Shown: positions 10,189-19,226 of the stretch, piece after piece
How the letters are laid out: the number at the start of each line of letters is the position of its first letter
How positions within the stretch are numbered: position 1 is the first letter of the stretch
Assembly: GCA_024695145.1 (NCBI GenBank)
Contig: JAILIS010000039.1
Coordinates: forward strand, 3,300 to 67,299
DNA length: 64,000 nt
From: Lachnospiraceae bacterium
GTDB lineage: Bacteria; Bacillota; Clostridia; Lachnospirales; Lachnospiraceae
Direction: 5' to 3'
Notes under the pieces: model-generated
Seen by the model: the letters and a program-made list of their open reading frames with translations, nothing else
Told to the model about the DNA's origin: nothing
The model's database searches: none
Translations under genes and position numbers: made by a program

Positions 10189-10854
10189 CTATGCTTCTTT
10201 TATGACTATCTTCTTAGCCTCCTTGTATATGCTGTTTGCGGGGATCACTCCGCGTACGCATGATACGGGATATACGTTTGAATCCCTGCCGATGACGGTC
10301 CCGGGATTGAGCACGCTGTTACAGCCTACTTCCACCCTGTCACCGAGCATGGCTCCGACCTTCTTGCGGCCGGTCTCTATCTTCTCGTCCGCGCCCTTGA
10401 TCACAACAAGCTTCTTGTCTGATTTTACATTACTCGTTATGGAGCCGGCTCCCATATGAGCCTTGTATCCGAGGATCGAATCTCCAACATAATTGTAGTG
10501 AGGAACCTGTACGTTGTCGAAAAGGATAACGTTCTTGAGTTCAGTGGAGTTGCCTACAACACAGTTGTCGCCGACAAGTGCCGATCCCCTTATGAACGCG
10601 CCGGGACGGATCTCGGTCTGATGGCCTATGATGCACGGGCCGCCGATATAGTTGTTGGGATAACGCTTCGCATCTTTTGCGATCCACACATCCTCTTCCG
10701 GATGATCATATTCGTCTTCGGGCAGAGTCGACCCGATCTGAAGGATCAGTTCCTTGATGCCTTCAAGTGCTTCCCAGGGGTATGTAAACCCTTTCAGATA
10801 CTCTCCTGCCACCGAATGAGACAGGTCATAAAGATCATTAACGGTACAGTTCAT
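10189..10854 (-). CDS. left-handed beta-helix (hexapeptide-repeat) acetyltransferase resembling the GlmU C-terminal domain
   Basis: Hexapeptide repeats include IRPGAFIRGSALVGDNCVVGNSTELKNV and MGAGSITSNVKSD. I moved the start to ATG 10854 (MNCTVND) because the track start overlaps the glmM 3' end. No nucleotidyltransferase domain is present. Confidence 0.6.
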   Translation of the reverse strand: MNCTVNDLYDLSHSVAGEYLKGFTYPWEALEGIKELILQIGSTLPEDEYDHPEEDVWIAKDAKRYPNNYIGGPCIIGHQTEIRPGAFIRGSALVGDNCVVGNSTELKNVILFDNVQVPHYNYVGDSILGYKAHMGAGSITSNVKSDKKLVVIKGADEKIETGRKKVGAMLGDRVEVGCNSVLNPGTVIGRDSNVYPVSCVRGVIPANSIYKEAKKIVIKEA

Positions 10855-10882
10855 TTTCCTTCCTTTCCGGCCTGATGTATGT

Positions 10883-12445
10883 TTATCTGACCTTAACAAG
10901 ATGTCCTGACTGTTTCATGGCTTCTATTATCTCATCAACGCACTTCTCGCAGTCTTTGTATGTGGACGCTTCCGACATCACGCGAAGAACGGGCTCGGTG
11001 CCTGATGCACGCAGGAGCACGCGCCCTTCATTTCCGAGATAATCCGTAGTGGAGTCAACAGCCTTCTTGACTGCGGGATCGTCGAGAGTCTTTTCCTTGT
11101 CATCCACTTCCACGTTCTTTAATACCTGGGGATACATCTTTACTTCCGATGCAAGGACCGAAAGAGGCAGATGTGTCTCTACAAGCACGGTCATGAGCAT
11201 GATCGCGGTAACAAGGCCGTCACCCGTGTGAGCATATTTTCTGAAGATCACGTGTCCGGACTGCTCTCCGCCGATCATGTGATCGTTCTCTTTCATGTTT
11301 TCGTAGACATATCTGTCTCCGACTTTGGTCTTCTCATATTCGATGCCGATGTTGTCGAATGCCTTGTAAAGTCCGAAGTTTGACATTACGGTAGTTACGA
11401 CCGTATTGCTCGGAAGCATACCCTTGTTCTTGAAATGCTTTGCACAGATGTACATTATCATGTCGCCGTTTACAACATCACCGTATTCGTCAACGGCAAG
11501 ACATCTGTCGGCATCACCGTCAAAAGCAAATCCGACATCGACTTTGTTTTCCCTGACATATTTCTGAAGTCCCTCAATGTGTGTGCTTCCGGCATTCAGA
11601 TTGATATTGTCGCCGTCGGGAGTATTGTTCATCACGCTGACTTTTGCTCCGAGAGCATCAAATACGGCGCGGCCGATCATCCATGCACTTCCGTTCGCAC
11701 AGTCAAGTGCGACCTTGCATTTTTCAAAAGATACCGGTGCTATGCTCGTAAGATAACCGATGTAACGGTTACGTCCCGAGTAGAAGTCGATCGTGCGGCC
11801 GATCTTGTTGTCGGTAGCCCATTTGACATCGTCAAGTTCGTCATCTATGAACTGCTCGACAAGATCCTGAACCTCATCTTCCATCTTCTCGCCTTCGGAA
11901 TTCATAAGCTTGATCCCGTTATCAAAGAACGGATTGTGGCTGGCGGAGATCATTATGCCGCAGTCAAAACCTTCAGTCCTTGTGATATGGCTGACACACG
12001 GAGTTGTTGTTACATGGAGGAGATATGAGTCTCCGCCCGAGGATGTGATACCTGCGGAAAGCGCGTTCTCGTACATATATGAGGAACGTCTGGTATCCTT
12101 GCCTATAACGATCTTCGCGGGACGCTCCTTTCCGTAGTACCATCCGAGAAAGCGTCCGATCTTGAACGCATGCTCCGCCGTGAGCACTTCTCCCGCCTTG
12201 CCGCGGAAGCCGTCTGTACCAAAGTATTTGCCCATAACTGTCCTCTCTTTCTTCCTGATATTATCTGCTTTACGGTGTGCTTCCTTTGTTCTTCCGTCAA
12301 AAGGCCTTACGGCATTTGCCGGGATCAGCCAGAGCTTGCCTTCCTTTTTGGCTCCGGCTATCTTTCCGTTCCGGCACAGCATCGTGATCCGACGCTGTGT
12401 CATGTCCCATTTTGCAGATGCTTCGTTAACATCGAGATATTTCAT
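10883..12445 (-). CDS. glmM: phosphoglucosamine mutase with an N-terminal ~70-aa helix-turn-helix extension
   Basis: The mutase core starts at MGKYFGTDGFRG (Met71, ATG 12235) and contains the SASHNP phosphoserine loop. The in-frame upstream 70 aa (DVNEASAKWDMTQRRITMLCRNGKIAGAKKEGKLWLIP) look like an excisionase/MerR-type HTH. ATG 12445 has an AAAGGG SD and lies ~45 nt downstream of a TTGACA-16-TATAAT promoter. Confidence 0.8.
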   Translation of the reverse strand: MKYLDVNEASAKWDMTQRRITMLCRNGKIAGAKKEGKLWLIPANAVRPFDGRTKEAHRKADNIRKKERTVMGKYFGTDGFRGKAGEVLTAEHAFKIGRFLGWYYGKERPAKIVIGKDTRRSSYMYENALSAGITSSGGDSYLLHVTTTPCVSHITRTEGFDCGIMISASHNPFFDNGIKLMNSEGEKMEDEVQDLVEQFIDDELDDVKWATDNKIGRTIDFYSGRNRYIGYLTSIAPVSFEKCKVALDCANGSAWMIGRAVFDALGAKVSVMNNTPDGDNINLNAGSTHIEGLQKYVRENKVDVGFAFDGDADRCLAVDEYGDVVNGDMIMYICAKHFKNKGMLPSNTVVTTVMSNFGLYKAFDNIGIEYEKTKVGDRYVYENMKENDHMIGGEQSGHVIFRKYAHTGDGLVTAIMLMTVLVETHLPLSVLASEVKMYPQVLKNVEVDDKEKTLDDPAVKKAVDSTTDYLGNEGRVLLRASGTEPVLRVMSEASTYKDCEKCVDEIIEAMKQSGHLVKVR

Positions 12446-12487
12446 TATGAAACCCTTTCAACACAAGATATTGTAGTACACACGATA

Positions 12488-12515
12488 ATTATACATTTCC
12501 GGCGGTATTTGTCAA
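12488..12515 (-). promoter_or_regulatory. sigma-A type promoter for the glmM operon
   Basis: On the minus strand, TTGACA (12515-12510), a 16-nt spacer and TATAAT (12493-12488) lie ~45 nt upstream of the glmM ATG. Confidence 0.55.
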
Positions 12516-12518
12516 GAT

Positions 12519-12566
12519 ATAAAAAATGCGTATGTCAAGATATTGATTTTGTATCTTGACATACGC
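12519..12566 (-). terminator. rho-independent terminator after dapL
   Basis: A perfect 15-bp stem GCGTATGTCAAGATA / TATCTTGACATACGC with a 9-nt loop is followed on the minus strand by ATTTTTTAT. It lies ~50 nt downstream of the dapL stop. Confidence 0.8.
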
Positions 12567-12614
12567 TATGTATGGATCACACCGCAAGGAGCCGTACGAC
12601 CGGCATATAGTCTC

Positions 12615-13826
12615 CTACATCTTACGTATCCGGTCAACTGCCTCGCGTGTATTTTCATGGCTTCCGAACGATGTAAGCCGGAAGTACCCCTCTCCGCACG
12701 ATCCGAAGCCCGACCCCGGGGTACCGACTACATTTGCGTTCTCGAGCAGCCGGTCGAAGAATTCCCAACTTGACAAACCGTCGGGTGTCGCCATCCAAAC
12801 ATATGGGGAATTGACCCCGCCGTAAACGGTGTATCCCGCCTCCTTAAGGCCTGACAGGATGTACTTTGCATTCTCCATATAGTAATCTATTAGGCCTCTT
12901 ATCTCCTTCTTTCCCTCATCCGAATATACCGCCTCTCCGGCACGCTGTACTATATAAGGTGCTCCGTTGTATTTTGTGGCGTGTCTCCTTGCCCAGAGCG
13001 AATGAAGTGATACGCCGCGTTTTAAGGCCTTTGGAACGACCGCATATCCGAGGCGCAGTCCCGTAAATCCCGCGTTCTTCGAAAACGAACGAAGCTCTAT
13101 CGCACACTCTTTTGCCCCGCTGCATTCATATATGGAATGGGGGATGTTCTCTTCACTGATATATGCTTCATATGCCGCATCAAATATTATGACCGAGCCG
13201 TTCTTATTGGCATAGTCGACCCAGTTCTGAAGTGCATCCTTTGTGATCGCTTCTCCCGTGGGATTGTTCGGAAAACACAGATAGATTATGTCCGCACCCG
13301 TTTTGGGAAGTTCCGGAACAAAACCGTTTTCGGCAGTGCACGGAAGGTAGATTATGTCAGAGTATCTGCCGGCATCTGCGACAAAATCACCCGCACGCCC
13401 TGCCATTACGTTTGAGTCAACATACACCGGATATACCGGGTCGCATACGGCCACTTTATTGTCACCTGCGAAAATCTCCTGGATATTACCGGAATCGGGC
13501 TTGGCTCCGTCGGATATGAATATCTCGTCTTCCTCGATCTCACACCCCCTTGCCTTGAAATCATTATCGCATATCGCTTTGCGCAGAAAATCATATCCGA
13601 GATCCGGTGCATATCCCCTGAACGTCTTCTCGTCGGCCATCTCATCTACGGCATTATGAAGCGCGCCGATCACCGACGGTGTGAGCGGCCTCGTGACATC
13701 TCCTATCCCGAGTCTTATTATCTTCCTGTCGGGATTACCCGCCGCGTACTCGCCTACTTTCTTCGCTATGGTAGAAAAAAGATAGCTTCCCTGCAGTTTC
13801 TGATAGTTGTCGTTGATCTTAACCAT
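12615..13826 (-). CDS. dapL: LL-diaminopimelate aminotransferase
   Basis: [24 protein letters not shown] is the characteristic DapL N-terminus, and the PLP-Lys motif [14 protein letters not shown] is present. I set the start at ATG 13826, which has a GGAGGAAGC SD. The track start further upstream has none. Confidence 0.85.
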   Translation of the reverse strand: MVKINDNYQKLQGSYLFSTIAKKVGEYAAGNPDRKIIRLGIGDVTRPLTPSVIGALHNAVDEMADEKTFRGYAPDLGYDFLRKAICDNDFKARGCEIEEDEIFISDGAKPDSGNIQEIFAGDNKVAVCDPVYPVYVDSNVMAGRAGDFVADAGRYSDIIYLPCTAENGFVPELPKTGADIIYLCFPNNPTGEAITKDALQNWVDYANKNGSVIIFDAAYEAYISEENIPHSIYECSGAKECAIELRSFSKNAGFTGLRLGYAVVPKALKRGVSLHSLWARRHATKYNGAPYIVQRAGEAVYSDEGKKEIRGLIDYYMENAKYILSGLKEAGYTVYGGVNSPYVWMATPDGLSSWEFFDRLLENANVVGTPGSGFGSCGEGYFRLTSFGSHENTREAVDRIRKM

Positions 13827-16149
13827 GATGCTTCCTCCATTTTTCAAGTTTCTCCTCGTCTTCATATGAAAAGCTGTACCCTTCGGCCTCTTCAAGGATA
13901 TCCCTTATCGTCTCATCATCATTATCCTTTTCGGCTTCAAGGAGTGCTTCAAAAATACTCTCGACAATGAATCTGTCGGGAACGACTCCTCTTTTTCCCT
14001 CATGTCCCGTATCCATTGTCTCATACTGCATCAGATGCTTCATGACGGCACTATGGTTGTTTCTGATATATTCGATATCATTGTCTTTTGCTGCCGTCTC
14101 AAGTGCAAACGCTTCACCGGCAAGTTTTCCCGCACCGATGATCTGGGCGGAACTTTTCAGTGCATGGACCTTTGCCGCGTAGGCATTCCAGTTGCCTTCC
14201 TTATAATAGCTGTCTATCTCATCGCACGACTCTTTTGCAAGATCCGCAAACATTCCGAGCATCGTTTCAAAAGCCTCTGCAGAACCGCAGTTCTTTATGC
14301 CTTCGCTGCGATCGATCCCCGGTATGATTTTTTCCGGTATGTTCTTTTCCGTTTTCGTTTTAACAGCGGTCGTCTGTTTGACAGTGATCTTTGATGCAGG
14401 CAGATGAGTACGCATGACTTCTTCGAGCTGGCTTCCCGAAACGGGCTTTACAAGATATCCGTCAAATCCGCACTTTGCATAAAGTTCCCGGTCTTTGCTG
14501 CCGGCATTTGCCGTCAGCACGATCACAGGCGTTTTGAGGTTACGTCCGTTATCCTGCTGTCTTATGCGTTTCATGCATTCTATACCGTCCATCCCCGGCA
14601 TCATATGGTCCATGAGTATGACATCATATGCCTTTTCCATGGTGAGCTTTAATGCCTCTTCGCCGCTCAGTACCGTGTCCGTTGAGATCTCGGTGTCTTT
14701 AAGCAGTTTCTTTTCAACCTCAAGGTTCATCCTGTTATCATCTACGATCAGGACCGCGGCCGATGCCGCACTGAAACCGACAAAATGACCGTCGGCATAT
14801 GCCTCGCCGGCATCGCCGGAAATATCAAATTCCCCGGTCGGATCCGGATCGATAACCTTCTGAAGAAGAGTGACCGTGAACGTGGTACCTTTTGAATATT
14901 CACTGTCAACACCGACGTCACCTTTCATAAGATCCGTCAGCTGTTTTACTATTGACAGGCCGAGTCCGGTTCCCTCAATACCAGCATTCTTTTCTTCGTC
15001 CGCTCTTGTGAACGCATCGAACAGATAAGGGATGACCTCCTGTCTGATGCCCATTCCGGTATCCGTGACGCGGAATATCAGTCTGATGTTTTCATCATCC
15101 GTCTTCTCATATCCCACGCGTAAAGTAACAGATCCTTCTTCCGTATATTTGACGGCATTGTTTAACAGATTGACAAGTATCTGTTTGATACGGACTTCGT
15201 CGCCGTGAAGGATACGCGGAACACTGTGATCGACCGTGACATTGAGATCAAGCCCCTTTTCTGCCGCAGGCGCCCACATCATGTTGGCGATCTCGGACAT
15301 GAGTTTTGCAACGTTATAATCAACCGGCACTATTTCCATCCTTCCGGCTTCTATCCTTGAAAAATCAAGCAGATCGTTGATAAGTGCCAGCAGCATACGG
15401 CCCGCCGTCTGAATGTTTCGTGAATCCTTTCTGATCTCATCGGTTGCATCGGGATTGCGAAGGATGATCTCGTTCAGTCCCATGATGGAGTTGATCGGTG
15501 TACGTATCTCATGGCTCATGTTCGAGAAGAACCGGTTTTGTGACTGTGACAGCTCCTCAACCTTCTTTGTCTCCTCTTTAACGCGCGCATTTTCCTGCTT
15601 AAACACACGGTTCTGAAACCATGTCATTACAAAGCATATATAACCGACCTCTACTACGGCAAGAGCGACATCGATGCTCTTTACCCGTCTCGTATGAACA
15701 TCGTTGAGTTCCGGGTAATAATACCCTATGGTAAACATTGCCGCGACTATGATCGTATGGATGATAAGTGCCGTAATGCGCCATCTGCCCGGCAGCATAA
15801 GTCCTATGTACAGATACGCAAATATGAGCCAGGGGACAACGGCGCCTTCAGAACCGCCTCCGAATAAGAAAACTATCGGAAGTATCACGACGATCAGTCC
15901 GAAAGACAGGATCTTGGCCGCAACATCCGTCTTTTTTGTCCGCACCCCGATGATCGTGATCACGTGAACAACAAAAAAGGCGATGACAAGTGTTAAGATC
16001 TCGACCCTGTTGTCGACATACAGCAAGTCACCGATGATCGCCAGCCCCATGACTGCGGTTGCCGCCAGCGTCAGGACCACAAACACACGCTCCCGAAGGC
16101 TTCTGGATCGATCGGTTATAAGCTTTCTGACGCTGTTATCAAGCCTCAT
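13819..16149 (-). CDS. hybrid sensor histidine kinase (multi-TM N-terminus, HisKA/HATPase, receiver, C-terminal Hpt)
   Basis: It has ~5 predicted TM helices. The H-box is [11 protein letters not shown] and the G2 box is GTGLGLSIV. The receiver is [13 protein letters not shown]...[13 protein letters not shown]. The Hpt-like motif is [16 protein letters not shown]. Confidence 0.8.
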   Translation of the reverse strand: MRLDNSVRKLITDRSRSLRERVFVVLTLAATAVMGLAIIGDLLYVDNRVEILTLVIAFFVVHVITIIGVRTKKTDVAAKILSFGLIVVILPIVFLFGGGSEGAVVPWLIFAYLYIGLMLPGRWRITALIIHTIIVAAMFTIGYYYPELNDVHTRRVKSIDVALAVVEVGYICFVMTWFQNRVFKQENARVKEETKKVEELSQSQNRFFSNMSHEIRTPINSIMGLNEIILRNPDATDEIRKDSRNIQTAGRMLLALINDLLDFSRIEAGRMEIVPVDYNVAKLMSEIANMMWAPAAEKGLDLNVTVDHSVPRILHGDEVRIKQILVNLLNNAVKYTEEGSVTLRVGYEKTDDENIRLIFRVTDTGMGIRQEVIPYLFDAFTRADEEKNAGIEGTGLGLSIVKQLTDLMKGDVGVDSEYSKGTTFTVTLLQKVIDPDPTGEFDISGDAGEAYADGHFVGFSAASAAVLIVDDNRMNLEVEKKLLKDTEISTDTVLSGEEALKLTMEKAYDVILMDHMMPGMDGIECMKRIRQQDNGRNLKTPVIVLTANAGSKDRELYAKCGFDGYLVKPVSGSQLEEVMRTHLPASKITVKQTTAVKTKTEKNIPEKIIPGIDRSEGIKNCGSAEAFETMLGMFADLAKESCDEIDSYYKEGNWNAYAAKVHALKSSAQIIGAGKLAGEAFALETAAKDNDIEYIRNNHSAVMKHLMQYETMDTGHEGKRGVVPDRFIVESIFEALLEAEKDNDDETIRDILEEAEGYSFSYEDEEKLEKWRKHHG

Positions 16150-19048
16150 GTTCCGCCTCCCGACCGTTCATCCCGCTGATCATCCTCTCAAGCATCTCCA
16201 TATTGACGGGCTGATTTACCCACGGAAAATCTGCCGCCTCGGGTACTTTACTGATAACGGCAAAACGGTCATATCCGATCATCAGCATCTTCCGTCTTTT
16301 AACCGACATATCGATACAAAACCTTGAAAGGGATGAGAGCCCGTCCGCATCATCAGCAATACCCTTCGGCAGACAGATAACAGCCAGAGCCAAAGAGCTG
16401 CCCTGATCGTTATTATCGGGCTTTCCTATAAAGGATGCGACACTGTAGCCGAGGGCCGAAAGTTTTTTGATGACCCCGGTCATGACCGCACTCTTCTTAT
16501 ATAAAAATACTTCTATAACATCATCCGAACGTCTCTTAACCTTTTCATCGGGAAGATACTGCGCGAGCATACTCTCGAGCCTGGCCGATTCTATCGGTTT
16601 GGTAAGATAATTGTCAAATCCCGCCTCTATATACTGCTGTCTCGCTCCGGCGACGGCATTTGCGGTAAGGCATATTGCCGGGGTGGTAAGGTTCGGATTG
16701 TCAGACTGAGCGCGCATTTCATGAAGTGTTTCTATCCCGTCCTTCTGCGGCATCATATGGTCAAAAAGTATGACGTCATATTTTGTCTTCGCGGAAAGCT
16801 TCAGTCCTTCATCCCCGTCCTTTGCCGTATCTATCACGATCTGAGTCTTTTTGAGAAGACTCTTTACAACTCTTAAGTTCATCGGACTGTCGTCAATGAC
16901 AAGGATCCTCGCTTCGGGCGCGGTAAATTTCTCACGGTATGATTTTCTTATGTTAAGACGGTTCCTGTATGCCGATCTGTAATCTCCGAGTTCTTCATTT
17001 TTTACGACTTTCTGTTTCAGGGTGAAATAAAACCGTGACCCTTTCCCGTACGTACTTTCAACATTGAGAGTCGAACCCATAAGTTCAAGAAGGCGCTGGG
17101 TTATGTTCATTCCGAGTCCCGTGCCCTCAATGTTACGGTTGCGCTTTTCCTCTATCCTGTCAAACTGTGAAAAAAGCCTGGAGATATCCTCTTTTTTTAT
17201 ACCGATACCGGTATCTTCCACGGATACGTACAGGTTTACATAATTCTGGTCGGATCCCTCTTCATCCAGCCTGACAGTGAAGGATATCTTCCCCTTCTGC
17301 GTGAACTTTACGGCATTTGACAGCATGTTTGTCACCAGCTGTCTGATGCGGTTCTCATCACCGTACAGATATCTCGGGATCTTAGGATCAAAATCAAGGA
17401 CCAGATCAAGGCCTCTCTCCTCTGTCAGCTTGATCATCATATTCGACAGATCATTGAGTGACTCCGAAAGATCATACTCTCTCGGTTCGATCCCCATATC
17501 ACCGGACTCTATCCTTGAAAAATCAAGTATATTGTTGACGATACCGAGCAGCGCGCCTCCTGCGCTTCTGATGCCTTCGGAATACCCGATTATGTTGGCA
17601 TCTCCGCTCTCCCTCAGTATCATCTCGTTCATACCGAGAACAGTATTGATGGGAGTCCTGATCTCATGAGACATATTGGCAAGAAACGAACTCTTAGCCT
17701 CATTGGCGGCCTCTGCGATCATCTTTTCCGCTTCGAGTTCATGAACCATGGTCTTTTCATAGTATATACAGTTTTCCCTGTGGTTGAACCCGTTATGGAT
17801 GGCCGTTGCCATCTGCATACAGCTTTCGTAGCCGCAGCACGTACAGTCTATGTGCCGCGAATCATCGGTCAGCTTGTTCATGCTGGCAAATATCTCCTCA
17901 AGCTGTGCCTCCGACGGAACCTCATAACGACAGTCACCGGATCTGTCAGTATATCCTCTCAGATAATCTTCAAGATTCAGGCCGGAAAACTGGGCGTTGT
18001 AGTTTTTAAGCCGTTCTTCGGGACTGTCCGGCCTTGACCACGCGTCGCCGCTCTGTGTTTTCTTGGAAGACTCGCGTATATCAAGAAGTGTATAGAGTGC
18101 ATCTTCGGTGGCTGACTTTTCGGGATCGACAGCCGTTCCGCATATACATCCCTGTTTGCAGTTAAGAGCGTCAATGAACAGAAACGGTGTTCTGCCTTCC
18201 CTTATCCTGTCTTTGTTGTCATGCATCCATTCATACAGATGCCGCTCTCCTTCCACCTGCCGGATATATACCTGATCACCGAGGAACCACCTTACGTTTT
18301 CCGCAAGACCTCCGGGAGTGGGATAAAATGATCCGAGTCCGTATTCTATCTCGCTGTGGACCGGTGATCCTGTTATGTTATGTTCATGAACATACTTCAT
18401 CAGATGATCAAAGGTGACGTTGTACTGAACCAGCCCGCTGTTGTGAGGATCTTCTATCTCCATCTTCTTGGCAATGCACGGACTGATGAACGCCAGATCA
18501 TCGGTGATTCCCATCTCTTTTCTGGCATATATGGCCGCGCACATGAGAGGGCTCTGAACCGGAAATACCTTCGGCAGCAGTTCCGGAAGATAGCGTTCTA
18601 TATAAGATACGACCGCCGGGCACGGCTGGGATATTCCTCCCGTAAAATCATATTTCTCAATGTAGTTAAGGTATCCCCAGGTTGTTATGTCGGCTCCGAA
18701 AGCAACACTTATGATGCGGTTTACACCCGCCTCCTTAAGACCTCCGAGAACACTTTCGTATTCATCCGGATAGTTGGCCCGAAACGCCGGTGCCAGAAGC
18801 AGTGATATCTTCTTCCCGCTTTTAAGGTCGGCAAAAAAACGTTCCGTGTCATCGTTGAATTCCCTTGCGCCGTGCACGCACACATCAATACAGCTTCCGC
18901 AGGCAACACATTTGCTGCCGTTGACATCGATCCTGGCCTTTCCGTTTTCCTCTTTGGAAATACATGCACCTATGGCACTGCAAACCTTTATACATTTATT
19001 GCATCCTATACAGTTGTCATTTGTGTAAACTATGCTTTTTTCGATCAT
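16139..19048 (-). CDS. hybrid histidine kinase with an N-terminal 2x[4Fe-4S] ferredoxin and [FeFe]-hydrogenase-like H-domain (putative sensory hydrogenase kinase)
   Basis: Two ferredoxin motifs are present: CIGCNKCIKVC and CVACGSCIDVC. H-cluster-like motifs are SQPCPAV (P1-like), SPCIAKKME (P2, PCxxKxxE) and NCKQGCICG (P3, CxxGCxxG). An extra CTCCGYESC-x16-C motif follows. Downstream are the H-box [16 protein letters not shown], and the receiver ILVIDDSPMNL...VILFDHMMPQKDG. Confidence 0.75.
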   Translation of the reverse strand: MIEKSIVYTNDNCIGCNKCIKVCSAIGACISKEENGKARIDVNGSKCVACGSCIDVCVHGAREFNDDTERFFADLKSGKKISLLLAPAFRANYPDEYESVLGGLKEAGVNRIISVAFGADITTWGYLNYIEKYDFTGGISQPCPAVVSYIERYLPELLPKVFPVQSPLMCAAIYARKEMGITDDLAFISPCIAKKMEIEDPHNSGLVQYNVTFDHLMKYVHEHNITGSPVHSEIEYGLGSFYPTPGGLAENVRWFLGDQVYIRQVEGERHLYEWMHDNKDRIREGRTPFLFIDALNCKQGCICGTAVDPEKSATEDALYTLLDIRESSKKTQSGDAWSRPDSPEERLKNYNAQFSGLNLEDYLRGYTDRSGDCRYEVPSEAQLEEIFASMNKLTDDSRHIDCTCCGYESCMQMATAIHNGFNHRENCIYYEKTMVHELEAEKMIAEAANEAKSSFLANMSHEIRTPINTVLGMNEMILRESGDANIIGYSEGIRSAGGALLGIVNNILDFSRIESGDMGIEPREYDLSESLNDLSNMMIKLTEERGLDLVLDFDPKIPRYLYGDENRIRQLVTNMLSNAVKFTQKGKISFTVRLDEEGSDQNYVNLYVSVEDTGIGIKKEDISRLFSQFDRIEEKRNRNIEGTGLGMNITQRLLELMGSTLNVESTYGKGSRFYFTLKQKVVKNEELGDYRSAYRNRLNIRKSYREKFTAPEARILVIDDSPMNLRVVKSLLKKTQIVIDTAKDGDEGLKLSAKTKYDVILFDHMMPQKDGIETLHEMRAQSDNPNLTTPAICLTANAVAGARQQYIEAGFDNYLTKPIESARLESMLAQYLPDEKVKRRSDDVIEVFLYKKSAVMTGVIKKLSALGYSVASFIGKPDNNDQGSSLALAVICLPKGIADDADGLSSLSRFCIDMSVKRRKMLMIGYDRFAVISKVPEAADFPWVNQPVNMEMLERMISGMNGREAEHEA

Positions 19049-19114
19049 CTGCTCCGGTAAAAACCGTTTCCTCTCGTGATGTGCTTAAGATTATACCACA
19101 TAATCTGTCCCTAC

Positions 19115-19143
19115 TTGACTTTTTATGATGTCAAGCGTATATT
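19115..19143 (+). promoter_or_regulatory. candidate sigma-A promoter for purA
   Basis: TTGACT (19115-19120), a 17-nt spacer and TATATT (19138-19143). The predicted start falls in GGGC at ~19150. Confidence 0.5.
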
Positions 19144-19153
19144 TCTTTTGGGC

Positions 19154-19190
19154 AAAGGTGCCATAGCTGTGGTTATGGCACCTTTTTTTA
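19154..19190 (+). terminator. intrinsic-terminator-like hairpin in the purA 5' leader (candidate attenuator)
   Basis: A 12-bp stem AAAGGTGCCATA / TATGGCACCTTT with an 8-nt loop, where GGCACC is followed by seven Ts. It lies between the candidate promoter and the purA ATG (19227). There is no plus-strand gene upstream for it to terminate. Confidence 0.6.
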
Positions 19191-19226
19191 GTCGGATGCA
19201 AAGCTTCATGCGGAAAGGATTATATC

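Noticed and set aside
19125-19166. 13-codon ORF (MMSSVYFFWAKVP) in the purA upstream region as a possible leader peptide.
   Set aside because: Its ATG lies inside the predicted promoter spacer, so it would not be on the purA transcript.
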